64,000 nucleotides of DNA, taken from contig JARGFI010000004.1 in the NCBI GenBank assembly GCA_029210745.1, forward strand, positions 8,852 to 72,851, read 5' to 3'. Position numbers and translations under genes: made by a program. Positions 17,662 through 31,738 of the stretch are shown here, piece after piece; within the stretch, counting starts at the first letter, position 1, and each line of letters opens with the position of its first letter. The notes under the pieces are model-generated. The model made no database searches and was not told the DNA's origin. It saw nothing but the letters and a program-made list of their open reading frames with translations. Source of the DNA: Desulfuromonadales bacterium. Lineage in GTDB: Bacteria; Desulfobacterota; Desulfuromonadia; Desulfuromonadales; JAHYIW01.

Positions 17662-18795
17662 ATGTTCGGACAACTCGCACTCAACCAACTCCAGCAACTC
17701 TGGTGGCTGATCGCCTCGGTGGTCGGCGCCCTCTTTCTCATGTTGACCTTTGTTCAGGGGGGCCAAACCCTGCTCTTTAGCGTGCCGCAAACACCCCAGG
17801 AAAAGATGCTGGTGATCAATTCCCTGGGGCGCAAATGGGAACTGACCTTCACCACCCTGGTTCTTTTCGGCGGGGCGCTTTTTGCTGCTTTTCCCCTTTT
17901 TTACGCGACCAGTTTCGGCGGTGCCTACTGGGTCTGGATATTGATTCTGTTTACCTTTATCGGCCAGGCAGTCAGCTACGAATATCGCCGCAAACCGGGG
18001 AACCTCCTCGGGGCCCGCGCCTACGAAACCTTTCTGTTCATCAATGGCAGTGTTGGTTTGCTGCTGATCGGCGCCGCCGTCGGCACTTTCTTTACCGGAT
18101 CCAACTTCAGCCTCAGCGGCTACAATCTGGTCACCTGGCAACATCCTTTGCGCGGACTGGAAGCAGCGTTCAACCCGTTCAATGTCGCCCTCGGGCTGTT
18201 TCTGGTCTTTCACGCCCGGGTCCTTGGTGCGCTTTATCTGCTCAACAATATTGATCATGACGCGCTTAACCGGCGCTGCCGCCAGTCAAGCCTGATCAAC
18301 CTGCTGTTGGCGCTGCCGTTTCTGCTCTTTGTGCTGTTCCGACTGGTAACCATGGACGGCTACGCCGTCGCCCCGCAGACCGGTGTGGTCACCCTTGAAG
18401 CCGGCAAATACCTCGGCAACCTGCTCGCCATGCCGCTCGTTTTTGGCCTGCTGCTGGTTGGCCTGCTGCTGGTTGTCTGGGCGGTAATCGCCGCGCGCTT
18501 TCGCGACAGTCGTCGCGGCATCTGGGCGGGAGGACTCGGCACGGTACTGGTCGCACTGGCACTCTTCTCGCTGGCTGGATACAACAACACCGCCTTCTAC
18601 CCCTCCAAGTTTGATTTGCAGAGCAGCCTCACCATCTACAACGCATCGAGCAGTCACTACACCCTGACCGTGATGAGCTACGTTGCTCTTGCCGTGCCGT
18701 TTGTCCTGGCCTATATCGCCTATTTCTGGCGACTGATGGATGCCCGACCCCTGACCATCGAGCAACTTGACGAACAATCACACGACCTTTATTGA
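17662..18795 (+). CDS. cydB: Cytochrome bd ubiquinol oxidase subunit II
   Basis: The track start at 17605 overlaps cydA. I prefer the ATG at 17662, 2 nt after the cydA stop (MFGQLALNQLQQLWWLI). It is a polytopic membrane protein. Confidence 0.9.
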   Translation: MFGQLALNQLQQLWWLIASVVGALFLMLTFVQGGQTLLFSVPQTPQEKMLVINSLGRKWELTFTTLVLFGGALFAAFPLFYATSFGGAYWVWILILFTFIGQAVSYEYRRKPGNLLGARAYETFLFINGSVGLLLIGAAVGTFFTGSNFSLSGYNLVTWQHPLRGLEAAFNPFNVALGLFLVFHARVLGALYLLNNIDHDALNRRCRQSSLINLLLALPFLLFVLFRLVTMDGYAVAPQTGVVTLEAGKYLGNLLAMPLVFGLLLVGLLLVVWAVIAARFRDSRRGIWAGGLGTVLVALALFSLAGYNNTAFYPSKFDLQSSLTIYNASSSHYTLTVMSYVALAVPFVLAYIAYFWRLMDARPLTIEQLDEQSHDLY

Positions 18796-18810
18796 ACGAG
18801 GAGTTTTATT

Positions 18811-18906
18811 ATGATGACAACTATGTTAATCGGCGGCTGGCTGGCAGTCATTGTTGTTTCTTATCAGATTATTATCCGGGTGCTGGCCCGCACCGGTCAG
18901 CTGTAG
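18811..18906 (+). CDS. 31-aa single-TM peptide (MMTTMLIGGWLAVIVVSYQIIIRVLARTGQL), a candidate CydX/CydS-like bd-oxidase small subunit
   Basis: It is below the track cutoff. A GAGGAG RBS lies 7 nt upstream. It starts 15 nt after the cydB stop and sits immediately before the operon terminator. Confidence 0.5.
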   Translation: MMTTMLIGGWLAVIVVSYQIIIRVLARTGQL

Positions 18907-18933
18907 TTTTATCTGCAGCTGCGTGCAACGAGC

Positions 18934-18975
18934 AAAACGCCCCCGCTGCGGCAACGCAGCGGGGGCGTTTTATTA
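18934..18975 (+). terminator. Rho-independent terminator of the cyd operon; it also lies downstream of the convergent nth
   Basis: The stem is AAAACGCCCCCGCTGCG-gcaa-CGCAGCGGGGGCGTTTT (17 bp), followed by a T-rich tail. Confidence 0.8.
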
Positions 18976-18997
18976 AAAAGATTCGCGTTTGTTTTTG

Positions 18998-19648
18998 TTA
19001 CTTCATCCTCTTCACTCCCACCTGGGGACAACTTTCCACCATAAAACATTGCGAACAGAGCGGCGTCGGTGCCTTGCATAGAGACCGTCCGTGGGCGATC
19101 AGCACATGCCCGCACATCGTCCACTCCCGCGGGGGCAGCAACTGGCACAACTCGCGCTCGACCTTAACCGGATCGGTCTGTTGTGTCCAGCCCAGGCGAC
19201 AGGAAACTCGACCGACATGGGTATCGACGACCATCCCCGGAATACCAAAGGCATTCCCCAAAACCACGTTGGCGGTTTTGCGACCGACGCCGGGGAGAGC
19301 GACCAGCGCGTCGAGCGTGTCCGGAACAACGCCGCCGTGACAGGCATCAATGCGCATCGCGCAGGCGATGAGGTTTTTTGCTTTATTACGAAAGAAGCCG
19401 GTCGAACGAATGAGTGCTTCGACCTCCGCCGGTGCTGCTGCCGCCAAAAAGTGTGGTTGCGGAAAACGCTTGAAGAGTTCGGGGGTGACCAGGTTCACAC
19501 GTACATCGGTACACTGCGCGGAAAGGATCGTCGCGACGAGCAGTTCCCAGGGGGTGGTGTAGTGGAGCGCGCAATGCGCGTCGGGGTAGTGGGCAACCAG
19601 CTCTCGATAGTCGGTAGCGGGCAGGCGAGGGGCAGACGCGGGGGTCAT
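18998..19648 (-). CDS. nth: Endonuclease III
   Basis: It has an HhH-GPD fold (LVALPGVGRKTANVVL) and a C-terminal 4Fe-4S cluster loop CKAPTPLCSQCFMVESC. Confidence 0.9.
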   Translation of the reverse strand: MTPASAPRLPATDYRELVAHYPDAHCALHYTTPWELLVATILSAQCTDVRVNLVTPELFKRFPQPHFLAAAAPAEVEALIRSTGFFRNKAKNLIACAMRIDACHGGVVPDTLDALVALPGVGRKTANVVLGNAFGIPGMVVDTHVGRVSCRLGWTQQTDPVKVERELCQLLPPREWTMCGHVLIAHGRSLCKAPTPLCSQCFMVESCPQVGVKRMK

Positions 19649-19650
19649 GG

Positions 19651-20388
19651 TCAGCCGGGGGCGGCTTCCATGCGCCGGGCGCGCGGAATTTTTTCGAGCG
19701 TAAGATAATGACGCAGATCGACAATCTGTATGGTCAGGGTCAGCGGCAGGTGTGTTGCCGCCTGGCGGGCCATGATGGTGCGATCAATACTGCTTTCGAG
19801 AATACGCAGGTTGCCGCGCAGGTAGGCACGATCGCGGGGAACAAGGGGCAAACGCGCCGGATAGGTGCCGTTGAAGAGCGGACGCCGCGCCTTGCGCAGC
19901 GCCATGGTTAACGCCAGATTGCTTGGCGACCAGAAAAAATCGCCGAAATCACCGAGCACCAGCAGCGGGCAAACCAGATTGACGTTGCCGAGCAGATCGG
20001 AACCGAGTAAATGCGTGATCTGCTCGCGGCGCAACTCCCGTCCGGTACTCAGGCGCACATTAAAAAGGTGGATACACCGGTTGTCGGTATGCAGGTCGGC
20101 GCGCAATGAACACCCCGCGCCCCCCAATTCGACCTGTTGCAGCCCCTTGAGAGGGTAGTAGGAAAGAAAAGCGTTGCCGGTCGGATGCGGACTACGATAC
20201 GCCTTCATCCCCAGCTGTGTGGCGAGGAACTGAAGTTGGTCCTCCATCTTTCCGGTCGTCAGCCCCTGCAAGGCGACGACATCGGGCGCGGCGTGGCCGA
20301 TCACGTCAAGAATCCGCCCCGGATTCTCCTCGTTATCCCCGCCGCAGCAATCACTTACATTGTATGTCATTATCCGGATGCTGTTCAT
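19651..20388 (-). CDS. Endonuclease/exonuclease/phosphatase (EEP) family protein
   Basis: The N-terminus IRIMTYNV...VVALQG and the length are typical of the EEP fold. Its stop is 2 nt from the nth start. Confidence 0.7.
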   Translation of the reverse strand: MNSIRIMTYNVSDCCGGDNEENPGRILDVIGHAAPDVVALQGLTTGKMEDQLQFLATQLGMKAYRSPHPTGNAFLSYYPLKGLQQVELGGAGCSLRADLHTDNRCIHLFNVRLSTGRELRREQITHLLGSDLLGNVNLVCPLLVLGDFGDFFWSPSNLALTMALRKARRPLFNGTYPARLPLVPRDRAYLRGNLRILESSIDRTIMARQAATHLPLTLTIQIVDLRHYLTLEKIPRARRMEAAPG

Positions 20389-20417
20389 CCGTGCCCCCCG
20401 GTCTGTGACCGGCCTGG

Positions 20418-20999
20418 TTATTTTTTCTTTGGAGCCGCTTCAACCCGCACGATGTCGGTGATTACCACCTGATGGGTCGGCATGTCCTGAAAGCGCGCGT
20501 TGATTTTGCGGGTCGGTGCGGTGCCGATTTTATCGACGACAGCCATCCCCTCAACCACCTTGCCGAAGACTGCGTAACCGTAACCGCGCTGATTCGGTGC
20601 GCGGTAATCGAGAAAGGTATTGTCCTTCAAGTTGATGAAAAATTGTGCGGTCGCGCTGTCGACCACGCTGGTCCGGGCCATGGCAATCGTCCCGCGCTGG
20701 TTTTTCAGCCCGTTTGTTGCCTCGTTCTTGATCGGTGCGCGCGTCTCTTTCTTCTTCTGCGCCGTATCGAACCCGCCCCCCTGAATCATAAACTCCTTGA
20801 TGACACGGTGAAAGATCGTGTTTTTATAAAAGCCGGAATCGACGTAGGCCAGAAAGTTTTTCACCGAAATCGGCGCTTTCTTTTCGTCCAGCTCCAGCTT
20901 GATGTCTCCCATATTGGTCTTGACAAGCACCTGTTGTTTGGCCTGAACACTCACCGCAAACAGCAGCAGACAAAGAGTCATTACCATTATTCGACGCAT
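20418..20999 (-). CDS. ppiA: Periplasmic cyclophilin-type peptidyl-prolyl isomerase
   Basis: I prefer the ATG at 20999 (AAGGAG RBS; signal peptide [20 protein letters not shown]). Cyclophilin motifs [14 protein letters not shown] and [12 protein letters not shown] are present. Confidence 0.85.
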   Translation of the reverse strand: MRRIMVMTLCLLLFAVSVQAKQQVLVKTNMGDIKLELDEKKAPISVKNFLAYVDSGFYKNTIFHRVIKEFMIQGGGFDTAQKKKETRAPIKNEATNGLKNQRGTIAMARTSVVDSATAQFFINLKDNTFLDYRAPNQRGYGYAVFGKVVEGMAVVDKIGTAPTRKINARFQDMPTHQVVITDIVRVEAAPKKK

Positions 21000-21012
21000 T
21001 TCTTGCACTCCT

Positions 21013-22020
21013 TTACCGGGATAGTTTTTCCGCCTTCGGCGCACGCCCCATCAGTTCGCTGACCGCCTGGCGGGGGTCAATGTTTTCGTAGAGAATGCGG
21101 AACATCTGCTCGATAATCGGGGCTTCGACGTTGAGTTTTTGTGCCAGCTGCCAGGCCGAAAGGGTGGTCTTGACCCCTTCCGCAACCATGTTCATCTCCC
21201 CCAGTATTTCCTCCAGGGCACGCCCGCGCCCCAGCTCTATCCCGACGCTGCGATTACGCGACAAATCGCCGGTGCAGGTCAGCACCAGATCACCCATTCC
21301 GGCCAGCCCGGCAAAGGTCTCCGCCTGCGCTCCCTTGGCCAGACCGATGCGGGTCATTTCGGTGAGTCCGCGGGTAATCAGCGCGGCCCGCGAATTGTAA
21401 CCAAAACCAAGACCGTCAGCAACCCCGGCGGCCAGTGCCATGACATTCTTGAGCGCTCCGGCCAGCTCGACACCGATAACGTCGCTGTTGGTATAAACAC
21501 GAAAGTAATCTGTGGCGAAGATGGTTTGAACCTGGCGGGCTAAAGACTCGTCTTTGGCCGCCGCGACCACGGCGGTGGGCAGTTCAGTGGCGGTCTCCCT
21601 GGCAAACGAGGGGCCGGACAAAAAAGCCGTGTGCCGCCGCAACAATGGTGGCAAGACTTCTTCGAGCAGCTCGGACATCGTCATCAAGGTCTCGTTTTCG
21701 ATCCCTTTTGAGGCCGAAACGATCAATGTCTGCGCCCCGATCTGTTCGGCTACGGCCCCGACCACGCGGCGCATCAGCTGCGACGGTGGCACCAGCAGCA
21801 CAAGGTCTTTGTCGCGCACCGCCGCCCCCGGATCATTGGTCGCGGTGAGTGTTTCCGCAAGGGGAATGCCCGGCAGGTAGAGGTCATTAATCCGCTGGGT
21901 CCGGATCCGCTCAACCAGATCGGCCTCATATGCCCACAGGGTGACCGGGTAACCTTTTTTGGCGAGCAGGTTGGCCAGGGTGGTTCCCCAGCTGCCCGCA
22001 CCGAGGACGCCGATCTTCAT
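21013..22020 (-). CDS. gpsA: NAD(P)H-dependent glycerol-3-phosphate dehydrogenase
   Basis: It starts [16 protein letters not shown] and carries the GpsA-typical blocks [12 protein letters not shown] and [11 protein letters not shown]. Confidence 0.92.
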   Translation of the reverse strand: MKIGVLGAGSWGTTLANLLAKKGYPVTLWAYEADLVERIRTQRINDLYLPGIPLAETLTATNDPGAAVRDKDLVLLVPPSQLMRRVVGAVAEQIGAQTLIVSASKGIENETLMTMSELLEEVLPPLLRRHTAFLSGPSFARETATELPTAVVAAAKDESLARQVQTIFATDYFRVYTNSDVIGVELAGALKNVMALAAGVADGLGFGYNSRAALITRGLTEMTRIGLAKGAQAETFAGLAGMGDLVLTCTGDLSRNRSVGIELGRGRALEEILGEMNMVAEGVKTTLSAWQLAQKLNVEAPIIEQMFRILYENIDPRQAVSELMGRAPKAEKLSR

Positions 22021-22059
22021 CGCTGTACCAGCGTGTAGTTCACAGGTTTTTGTGTCATG

Positions 22060-22953
22060 CTAAATCGCCTTCTGTTTCTTGTTAATCCGCTCACGAACCT
22101 GTTCAATTCTTTTCTGCAGCACGTTCTGGTTGGGGTAGACCCCCACCAGCCCTTCAAGCACGGTCAGCGCCTCGCGCAACCGCTCCTGATCTTCCATCAC
22201 ACCAGCCAGCCCCAGCTGTGCCTCACGTGCGAACGGATCGTTCGGAAAAACCTCTACCACCTGGCGATAGGCCAGCTCTGCGGCCTGACTCTGGTGTTCG
22301 AGTGCGTATGCCACGCCGATCCGGTAACTCGCTTCCGGCACCAGGGTGCTCTGCGGATAGTTTTTAATCAGTCCCTCAAACTCGATCCGCGCCTGCTCAA
22401 AATTGTTCTCGCGAAAATAAGCATCGGCGATTTCATAAATCAGCCGGTCGGAGTGAGGGACTCCGGCATCAACAAGTTCCTGATAGACCGTAATCGCCCG
22501 TTCGTTATCGTGCAATCGTTCTTTGTAGATTCGGGCAACTCGCTCCCGGGCAACCAGTGCCAGGGGGTGATCGGGATAATCACGCTCGACCAAAGTACAG
22601 GTCAAGATGGCTTCACGATAACTGCGTTGATACAGTTCCTGAATTTCGGCCAGTCGAAAAAGTGCTTCGGGCGCAATTGCCGCGCTGGGGAAATTATGTT
22701 GCAGCGCCGCAAAACGCTCCGCAGCCTGTTGCGGTTGTTGCTCCTTCAGCAACTTCTCCGCCGTTGCAAAACGACCGGCGAGAATGCTGTCCAGATTGTA
22801 GTAGTACCAGCCAAGTGCCGTTCCACCGACCGCGATGAACAACAGGACCGCGTAGGCCAGCTTGCGACGCAGCGATATTTTATTCTGACGGCGCAATTCC
22901 TCCTGCAGTAGTTTCTTCTTCAGCTTCGCCAATTCCATCGTCGATTTCTTCAT
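22060..22953 (-). CDS. Membrane-anchored tetratricopeptide-repeat protein
   Basis: It has one N-terminal TM helix ([20 protein letters not shown]) followed by TPR-like repeats. The start is ambiguous: ATG 22953, ATG 22938 or TTG 22896. All three overlap the gyrA 3' end. Confidence 0.65.
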   Translation of the reverse strand: MKKSTMELAKLKKKLLQEELRRQNKISLRRKLAYAVLLFIAVGGTALGWYYYNLDSILAGRFATAEKLLKEQQPQQAAERFAALQHNFPSAAIAPEALFRLAEIQELYQRSYREAILTCTLVERDYPDHPLALVARERVARIYKERLHDNERAITVYQELVDAGVPHSDRLIYEIADAYFRENNFEQARIEFEGLIKNYPQSTLVPEASYRIGVAYALEHQSQAAELAYRQVVEVFPNDPFAREAQLGLAGVMEDQERLREALTVLEGLVGVYPNQNVLQKRIEQVRERINKKQKAI

Positions 22954-25381
22954 CCTTTTCAGCCAGTTTTGCTACCGCAACGATGCGTTCTTCGCTTTCC
23001 AGCACCATCAGCCTGACCCCTTGCGTGTTTCTGCCAATCGAGCGGATCGTTGCAATGCGGGTCCGCAACACCTTGCCGCGGTCGGTGACGAACATCAGAT
23101 CAGAATCGTCATCGACCAACTTGATATCGACCACCTTGCCGTTACGTTCCGAGGTCTTGATGGTGATAACCCCTTTGCCGCCGCGACTTTGCGTCCGGTA
23201 CTCGGTCAGGTCGGTCCGTTTGCCAAAACCATTTTCGGTAACCGTAACCAGCGAAGCGGCGGTCGCATCGCTGACCACCTCCATACCGATGATGCAGTCA
23301 TCGCCTTCGAGCATCATGCCACGCACCCCGCGGGTGTCGCGCCCCATGGGACGGGCATTCTCCTCTGGAAAACGGATCGACTTGCCATCCCGACTGGCAA
23401 GCAAAATATCCATCTCGCCGCCGGTCTGGCGTGCGGCAATCAACCGATCCCCCTCATCAATTTTCAGGGCGATGATGCCGCCCTGGCGGGGGTTCGAGTA
23501 CGCCATCAGTTCCGTTTTTTTAACGGTGCCTTTTTCCGTTGCCGTGATGATGTAGCGTCCTTCGACGAACTCTTTAACCGGCAGAATGGTCATGACATTT
23601 TCGTCGTTGCCGAGCTGTAGCAGGTTGACGATGGCCTTACCTCGTGTCGCACGCCCCCCCTGGGGAATTTCGTGCACCTTGAGCCAATGGACCTTCCCTT
23701 TATCGGTAAAGATCAGAATATAGGAGTGGGTCGAGGCGATAAACAGGTTCTCGACAAAATCCTCCTCTTTCGGACGCATACCGGTCTTGCCTTTGCCGCC
23801 GCGGCGTTGGGCTCGGTAGAGAGAAACGGCATTGCGTTTGATATAACCACCGTGGCTGACCGTAACCACCATATCTTCCTCGACAATCATATCCTCCAGG
23901 GAGAGGTCGGCGGTCTGGGCAATGATCTCGGTCCGGCGAGGATCTCCGAACCGTGCACGGATATCCGTCAACTCTTCCTTGATGATCTTGAGGATTTCCT
24001 GGTCGCTGGCGAGGATCTCCTTGAGCCGTTTGATCAGCGCCATAATCTGGTTGTACTCTTCGAGGATCTTGTCCTGCTCCATCCCGGTAAGGCGATGCAG
24101 ACGCAATTCAAGAATCGCCTGGGCCTGGATTTCCGAGAAGCCGAAACGTTCGATCAACCCGATCTTGGCCTGAGCAGGGGTGGCGCTGGCCTTGATGATG
24201 CGGATCACTTCGTCGATATTTTCCAGGGCGATCTTGAACCCTTCGAGGAGATGGGCGCGCGCTTCGGCTTTTTTAAGCTCAAAAATACAGCGGCGGGTGA
24301 CGATTTCGAGGCGGTGCTCGACAAATTTGTCGAGCATTTCGCGTAACGGCATGATGCGCGGCTGGCCACTGCAAATGGCAAGCATAATGATCCCGAAGGA
24401 GGATTGCATGGCGGTCATCTTGTAAAGTTGATTGATGATCACCTGGGGGATGGTATCTTTTTTCAACTCAACGACGATCCGCATCCCGTCCCGGTCGGAT
24501 TCATCGCGCAGATCACTGATTCCTTCGATCTTGCGTTCCTTGACCAGATCGGCAATTTTTTCGATCAGACGGGCCTTGTTAACCTGAAAAGGAATTTCAT
24601 TGACGATGATGCTTTCCCGTCCGGTGCGTTTGTCCTTCTCGACCATCGCTTTGGCGCGCATGCGCACAATGCCGCGCCCGGTACGATACGCATCGCGAAT
24701 CCCGTCGTAGCCAAGGATAAAACCTGCGGTCGGAAAATCAGGTCCTTTGATCAGGGTCACCAGTTCTTCGAAGCCGAGATCGGGACGGTCAATGATCGCG
24801 ATCAGCGCATCAATCACTTCGCCCATGTTGTGCGGTGGAATTTTGGTCGCCATACCGACCGCGATCCCCTCGGAACCGTTGACCAGCAAGTTCGGATATT
24901 TGCATGGCAAAACCAGTGGTTCTTGCAACGAATCATCGTAGTTAGGTCCGAATTCAACGGTTTCCTTGTCGAGGTCGGCAAGCAGTTCCTGGGATAAACG
25001 ATCCATGCGGATTTCGGTATAACGCATCGCCGCAGCAGAGTCGCCGTCGATCGAGCCAAAGTTTCCCTGACCATCGACCAGCGGGTAACGCATGGAAAAA
25101 TCCTGCGCCAGACGGACGATCGTGTCATACACCGCAGAGTCACCGTGCGGGTGGTATTTACCGATGACATCACCGACGACCCGCGCCGACTTTTTGTAGG
25201 GTTTGTTGTATTCGTTCCCCAATTCATTCATGGCGAAGAGAACCCGCCGATGAACCGGCTTGAGTCCATCGCGTACGTCAGGCAGCGCGCGACCGACGAT
25301 CACGCTCATTGCGTACTCCATGTACGACTTGCGCATCTCGTCTTCGATATTGACGGAAATTTTATTCTGTTCGGAAAGCAT
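22880..25381 (-). CDS. gyrA: DNA gyrase subunit A
   Basis: This 833-aa protein contains the active-site region AAMRYTE. It has a QRDR-type block [12 protein letters not shown] and an acidic C-terminal tail. Confidence 0.97.
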   Translation of the reverse strand: MLSEQNKISVNIEDEMRKSYMEYAMSVIVGRALPDVRDGLKPVHRRVLFAMNELGNEYNKPYKKSARVVGDVIGKYHPHGDSAVYDTIVRLAQDFSMRYPLVDGQGNFGSIDGDSAAAMRYTEIRMDRLSQELLADLDKETVEFGPNYDDSLQEPLVLPCKYPNLLVNGSEGIAVGMATKIPPHNMGEVIDALIAIIDRPDLGFEELVTLIKGPDFPTAGFILGYDGIRDAYRTGRGIVRMRAKAMVEKDKRTGRESIIVNEIPFQVNKARLIEKIADLVKERKIEGISDLRDESDRDGMRIVVELKKDTIPQVIINQLYKMTAMQSSFGIIMLAICSGQPRIMPLREMLDKFVEHRLEIVTRRCIFELKKAEARAHLLEGFKIALENIDEVIRIIKASATPAQAKIGLIERFGFSEIQAQAILELRLHRLTGMEQDKILEEYNQIMALIKRLKEILASDQEILKIIKEELTDIRARFGDPRRTEIIAQTADLSLEDMIVEEDMVVTVSHGGYIKRNAVSLYRAQRRGGKGKTGMRPKEEDFVENLFIASTHSYILIFTDKGKVHWLKVHEIPQGGRATRGKAIVNLLQLGNDENVMTILPVKEFVEGRYIITATEKGTVKKTELMAYSNPRQGGIIALKIDEGDRLIAARQTGGEMDILLASRDGKSIRFPEENARPMGRDTRGVRGMMLEGDDCIIGMEVVSDATAASLVTVTENGFGKRTDLTEYRTQSRGGKGVITIKTSERNGKVVDIKLVDDDSDLMFVTDRGKVLRTRIATIRSIGRNTQGVRLMVLESEERIVAVAKLAEKDEEIDDGIGEAEEETTAGGIAPSE

Positions 25382-25443
25382 TTTTTTCCTCCGAAAATCA
25401 GGTTGGCCGCAGCATCTTGCAATGCCCTTTCAACCGGTCATTT

Positions 25444-28942
<3,499 letters not shown>

Positions 28943-28992
28943 TTTTTATTCACATTTAAAAGACTTTTAAAATAATTTTATTATTTAATAAA

Positions 28993-30114
28993 TTACAAAC
29001 GCATTGGCATAATAACAGCTAAATAGTCGTCATTATCATCTGGAACTATTATTCCAGGAGAAATATTATCATTTAATTTAAGAATAATATTTTCACATTG
29101 TTGTATTTGCAAAATATCAATCATAAAACGAACATTAAAACCTATAATCATTTCCGGTCCGGAATAATCAACTCCAAGATCCTCGTGTGATTCACCTAAT
29201 TCTGGATTCGATGACGAAATATTTACATTGTTTAGTGTTAAAGATATTTTTATACCACGTGATTTTTCACTTGTTAAAATTGACATCCTTTTCAATACAT
29301 GAAGAAAATCATTACGGGGAATTACAACATTATGCATATTATTTTTTGGAATAACTCTTTTATAATCCGGAAAATCTCCATCAACAAGTCGCATAACAAT
29401 CAGCGTTTTATCTTTACTGATCACAGCATTATTGTCTTGAATTCCTATTTCTATATAGTCTTCTGATTCATCTGTTATTTTTTTAAGTTCAGTTATTCCT
29501 TTACGTGGAAAAATAACGCCATCAAATAACTCATCAATATTTGTTTGTTCAATACAATGGTCTATTTGCGAAAGACGATGTCCATCGGTCGCGACCAAGC
29601 GTAAAAAATATTTTTCTTCTTCGGATATAACATTAAAAAATATTCCATTTAAATTATATTTGCTTTCATCTGTCGACATGGAAAGTGCTGTTTTTTCGAT
29701 CAAACTGTTCAATTTGGAACAGTCAATTTTTAAAAATTTTGTTTCTTCGGCTGTTGGAAAGTGTGGAAATTCATCGGCTGCCAAACCAACAATATTAAAA
29801 ACGGCTTTTCCACATTTTATTTCTATCCAACAATTTTCTTTAGATTTAAACGAAAGTATTGTTTCTGGGAGTTCCTTGATAATTTCGTAAATTTTCTTTG
29901 CTGATACGGTTATTTTCCCTGTTTTTTCAACTTGTGCCGGATAATTTGCCCGCATACCTACTTCCAGGTCGGTTGCAGTCAGCTGAATTTCTCCGTTATT
30001 TGTTGCTTCAATGAGAACATTAGCCAAAATCGGAATCGTATTGCGTTTTTCTACAATTCCCTGAATTTTACCTAGCCCCTTAAGGAAGATGTTTTTTTCA
30101 ATTTGAAATTCCAT
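28993..30114 (-). CDS. dnaN: DNA polymerase III beta sliding clamp
   Basis: This 373-aa protein starts MEFQIEKN and contains PILANVLIEA and the C-terminal LAVIMPMRL. It is the lowest-GC gene in the window. Confidence 0.95.
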   Translation of the reverse strand: MEFQIEKNIFLKGLGKIQGIVEKRNTIPILANVLIEATNNGEIQLTATDLEVGMRANYPAQVEKTGKITVSAKKIYEIIKELPETILSFKSKENCWIEIKCGKAVFNIVGLAADEFPHFPTAEETKFLKIDCSKLNSLIEKTALSMSTDESKYNLNGIFFNVISEEEKYFLRLVATDGHRLSQIDHCIEQTNIDELFDGVIFPRKGITELKKITDESEDYIEIGIQDNNAVISKDKTLIVMRLVDGDFPDYKRVIPKNNMHNVVIPRNDFLHVLKRMSILTSEKSRGIKISLTLNNVNISSSNPELGESHEDLGVDYSGPEMIIGFNVRFMIDILQIQQCENIILKLNDNISPGIIVPDDNDDYLAVIMPMRL

Positions 30115-30329
30115 GATTACTCCTCCCCCTGTTATTGTTATTTATATTTATAAAAAACATAGTAGATAGTAATAAGTCCTGTTGATTTGTTTTTATCGGC
30201 ATAATTAACTGTTTTATAAAGATTTTTTTGATTGATAAAATTGTTTATAAATATTTTTTATAAACAGGTGACAATTTTAATTTTCAAAAAAAGTCTATTT
30301 GTGAACAATTACCCACACCTGTTAACACC
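30115..30329. other. Extremely AT-rich dnaA-dnaN spacer; candidate DNA-unwinding half of a bipartite oriC
   Basis: DnaA-box-like sites are TTACCCACA (30309-30317, 1 mismatch) and TGTGAACAA (30300-30308, 2 mismatches). A TAG/TAA trinucleotide run sits at 30160-30175. An inverted repeat TGTTTATAA-N7-TTATAAACA sits at 30242-30266. Confidence 0.35.
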
Positions 30330-31706
30330 TTATCTCTCCAAACTGGCTTTAAGGGTGTTGATAGTTTTTTCCAGTTGAAAATCATCAGCAAGTCGACTTT
30401 CAATTCTTTTTATGGCATGGATAATGGTTGAATGATCCTTGCCACCAAATTTTTCTCCTATTTCAGGATAAGAACTGGAAGTAATTTGACGTGATATATA
30501 CATAGCTATTTGTCGAGGGAGTACTAATGCTTTAAGTCTTTTAGGGGATTTTAAATCTGAAATTTTTATATTGAAATGAGAGGCAACAGTTTTTTGAATA
30601 TCCTCAATACTTGTTTCCCTGTTTTTTTCAACCAGAATATCTTTAAGAACGTCTTTGGCCATGTTTATATTGATTGTGGCTGAAGTCAAACTGGCATATG
30701 CGCCAATTCTGACGAGATAACCTTCCAGCTCACGAACATTACTGCTGGCCGAATTTGCAATAAAATAACATACGTCTTCAGGCAATTTTATGCTGTTCTG
30801 TTCAGCTTTCATTTTTAAAATTGCCTGTTTTGTTTCAACATCAGGCGCTTGTATATCAGCTATTAATCCCCATTCAAAACGGGAGCGCAAGCGCTCTTCC
30901 AGCCCTGGAATATCTTTGGGAAATTTATCCGATGTAACGACAATTTGTTTATTCGATTCATAAAGCGCATTAAATGTATGAAAAAACTCTTCCTGGGTTC
31001 GCTCTTTGCCGGCGATAAACTGAACGTCATCAATCAACAGGATATCCATCGAACGAAATTTATTGCGAAATTCATCCATTTTTGCGTAGCGCAGACAATT
31101 AATAAGCTCGTTCATAAATTTTTCTGATGTGTAATAACAAACGCGCACTTTCGGATTTGCCGCAATAATGTGATTACCAATGGCATTGATCAGGTGGGTT
31201 TTGCCAAGCCCTACTCCTCCATAGATAAAGAGTGGGTTATAGGTTGTAGCAGGTTTATTTGCTACCGCCATTGCTGCGGCAAATGCAAACTGGTTGGAAG
31301 AACCTGAAACAAATTCATTGAATGTATATTTTTCGTTAATGTTAAAATGGTTGGCACAATTAAATGGGGACTCGTTATTATTTAAATTTTTCTTATCTTT
31401 TTTTTCTGCTGATTTTTCTTGTTTGTCATTGGTGATCGGAAAAGTTGTTTCACTGACGGGACGCTTTAAATCTTTATTTATTTTAAAAGTGACCTGATAA
31501 TCAGTACCGATGTCGGACAGGGTTTCACAAATGATTTCAGTGTAGTTATCGCGCACCCAGTCATGGATAAAACGATTCGGAACTTCCAGACATACACGAC
31601 CGTTGTCGATTCCTTTGAAGCGAAGGGGTTTTATCCATGTTTTAAAATGCTGAGGATTAAGCTTTTTCTCGAGATGATCAAGAATTTTTTGCCAGATATC
31701 TTCCAT
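30330..31706 (-). CDS. dnaA: Chromosomal replication initiator protein DnaA
   Basis: The track start (GTG at 31748) overlaps a DnaA box. I prefer the ATG at 31706 (MEDIWQKILDHLEKKL), which is typical of DnaA domain I. AAA+ motifs GGVGLGKTHL and LLIDDVQF are present, with domain IV KDHSTIIHA. Confidence 0.95.
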   Translation of the reverse strand: MEDIWQKILDHLEKKLNPQHFKTWIKPLRFKGIDNGRVCLEVPNRFIHDWVRDNYTEIICETLSDIGTDYQVTFKINKDLKRPVSETTFPITNDKQEKSAEKKDKKNLNNNESPFNCANHFNINEKYTFNEFVSGSSNQFAFAAAMAVANKPATTYNPLFIYGGVGLGKTHLINAIGNHIIAANPKVRVCYYTSEKFMNELINCLRYAKMDEFRNKFRSMDILLIDDVQFIAGKERTQEEFFHTFNALYESNKQIVVTSDKFPKDIPGLEERLRSRFEWGLIADIQAPDVETKQAILKMKAEQNSIKLPEDVCYFIANSASSNVRELEGYLVRIGAYASLTSATININMAKDVLKDILVEKNRETSIEDIQKTVASHFNIKISDLKSPKRLKALVLPRQIAMYISRQITSSSYPEIGEKFGGKDHSTIIHAIKRIESRLADDFQLEKTINTLKASLER

Positions 31707-31738
31707 AAAACCGGTTGTTTTCCTCTTGATACAACGAT

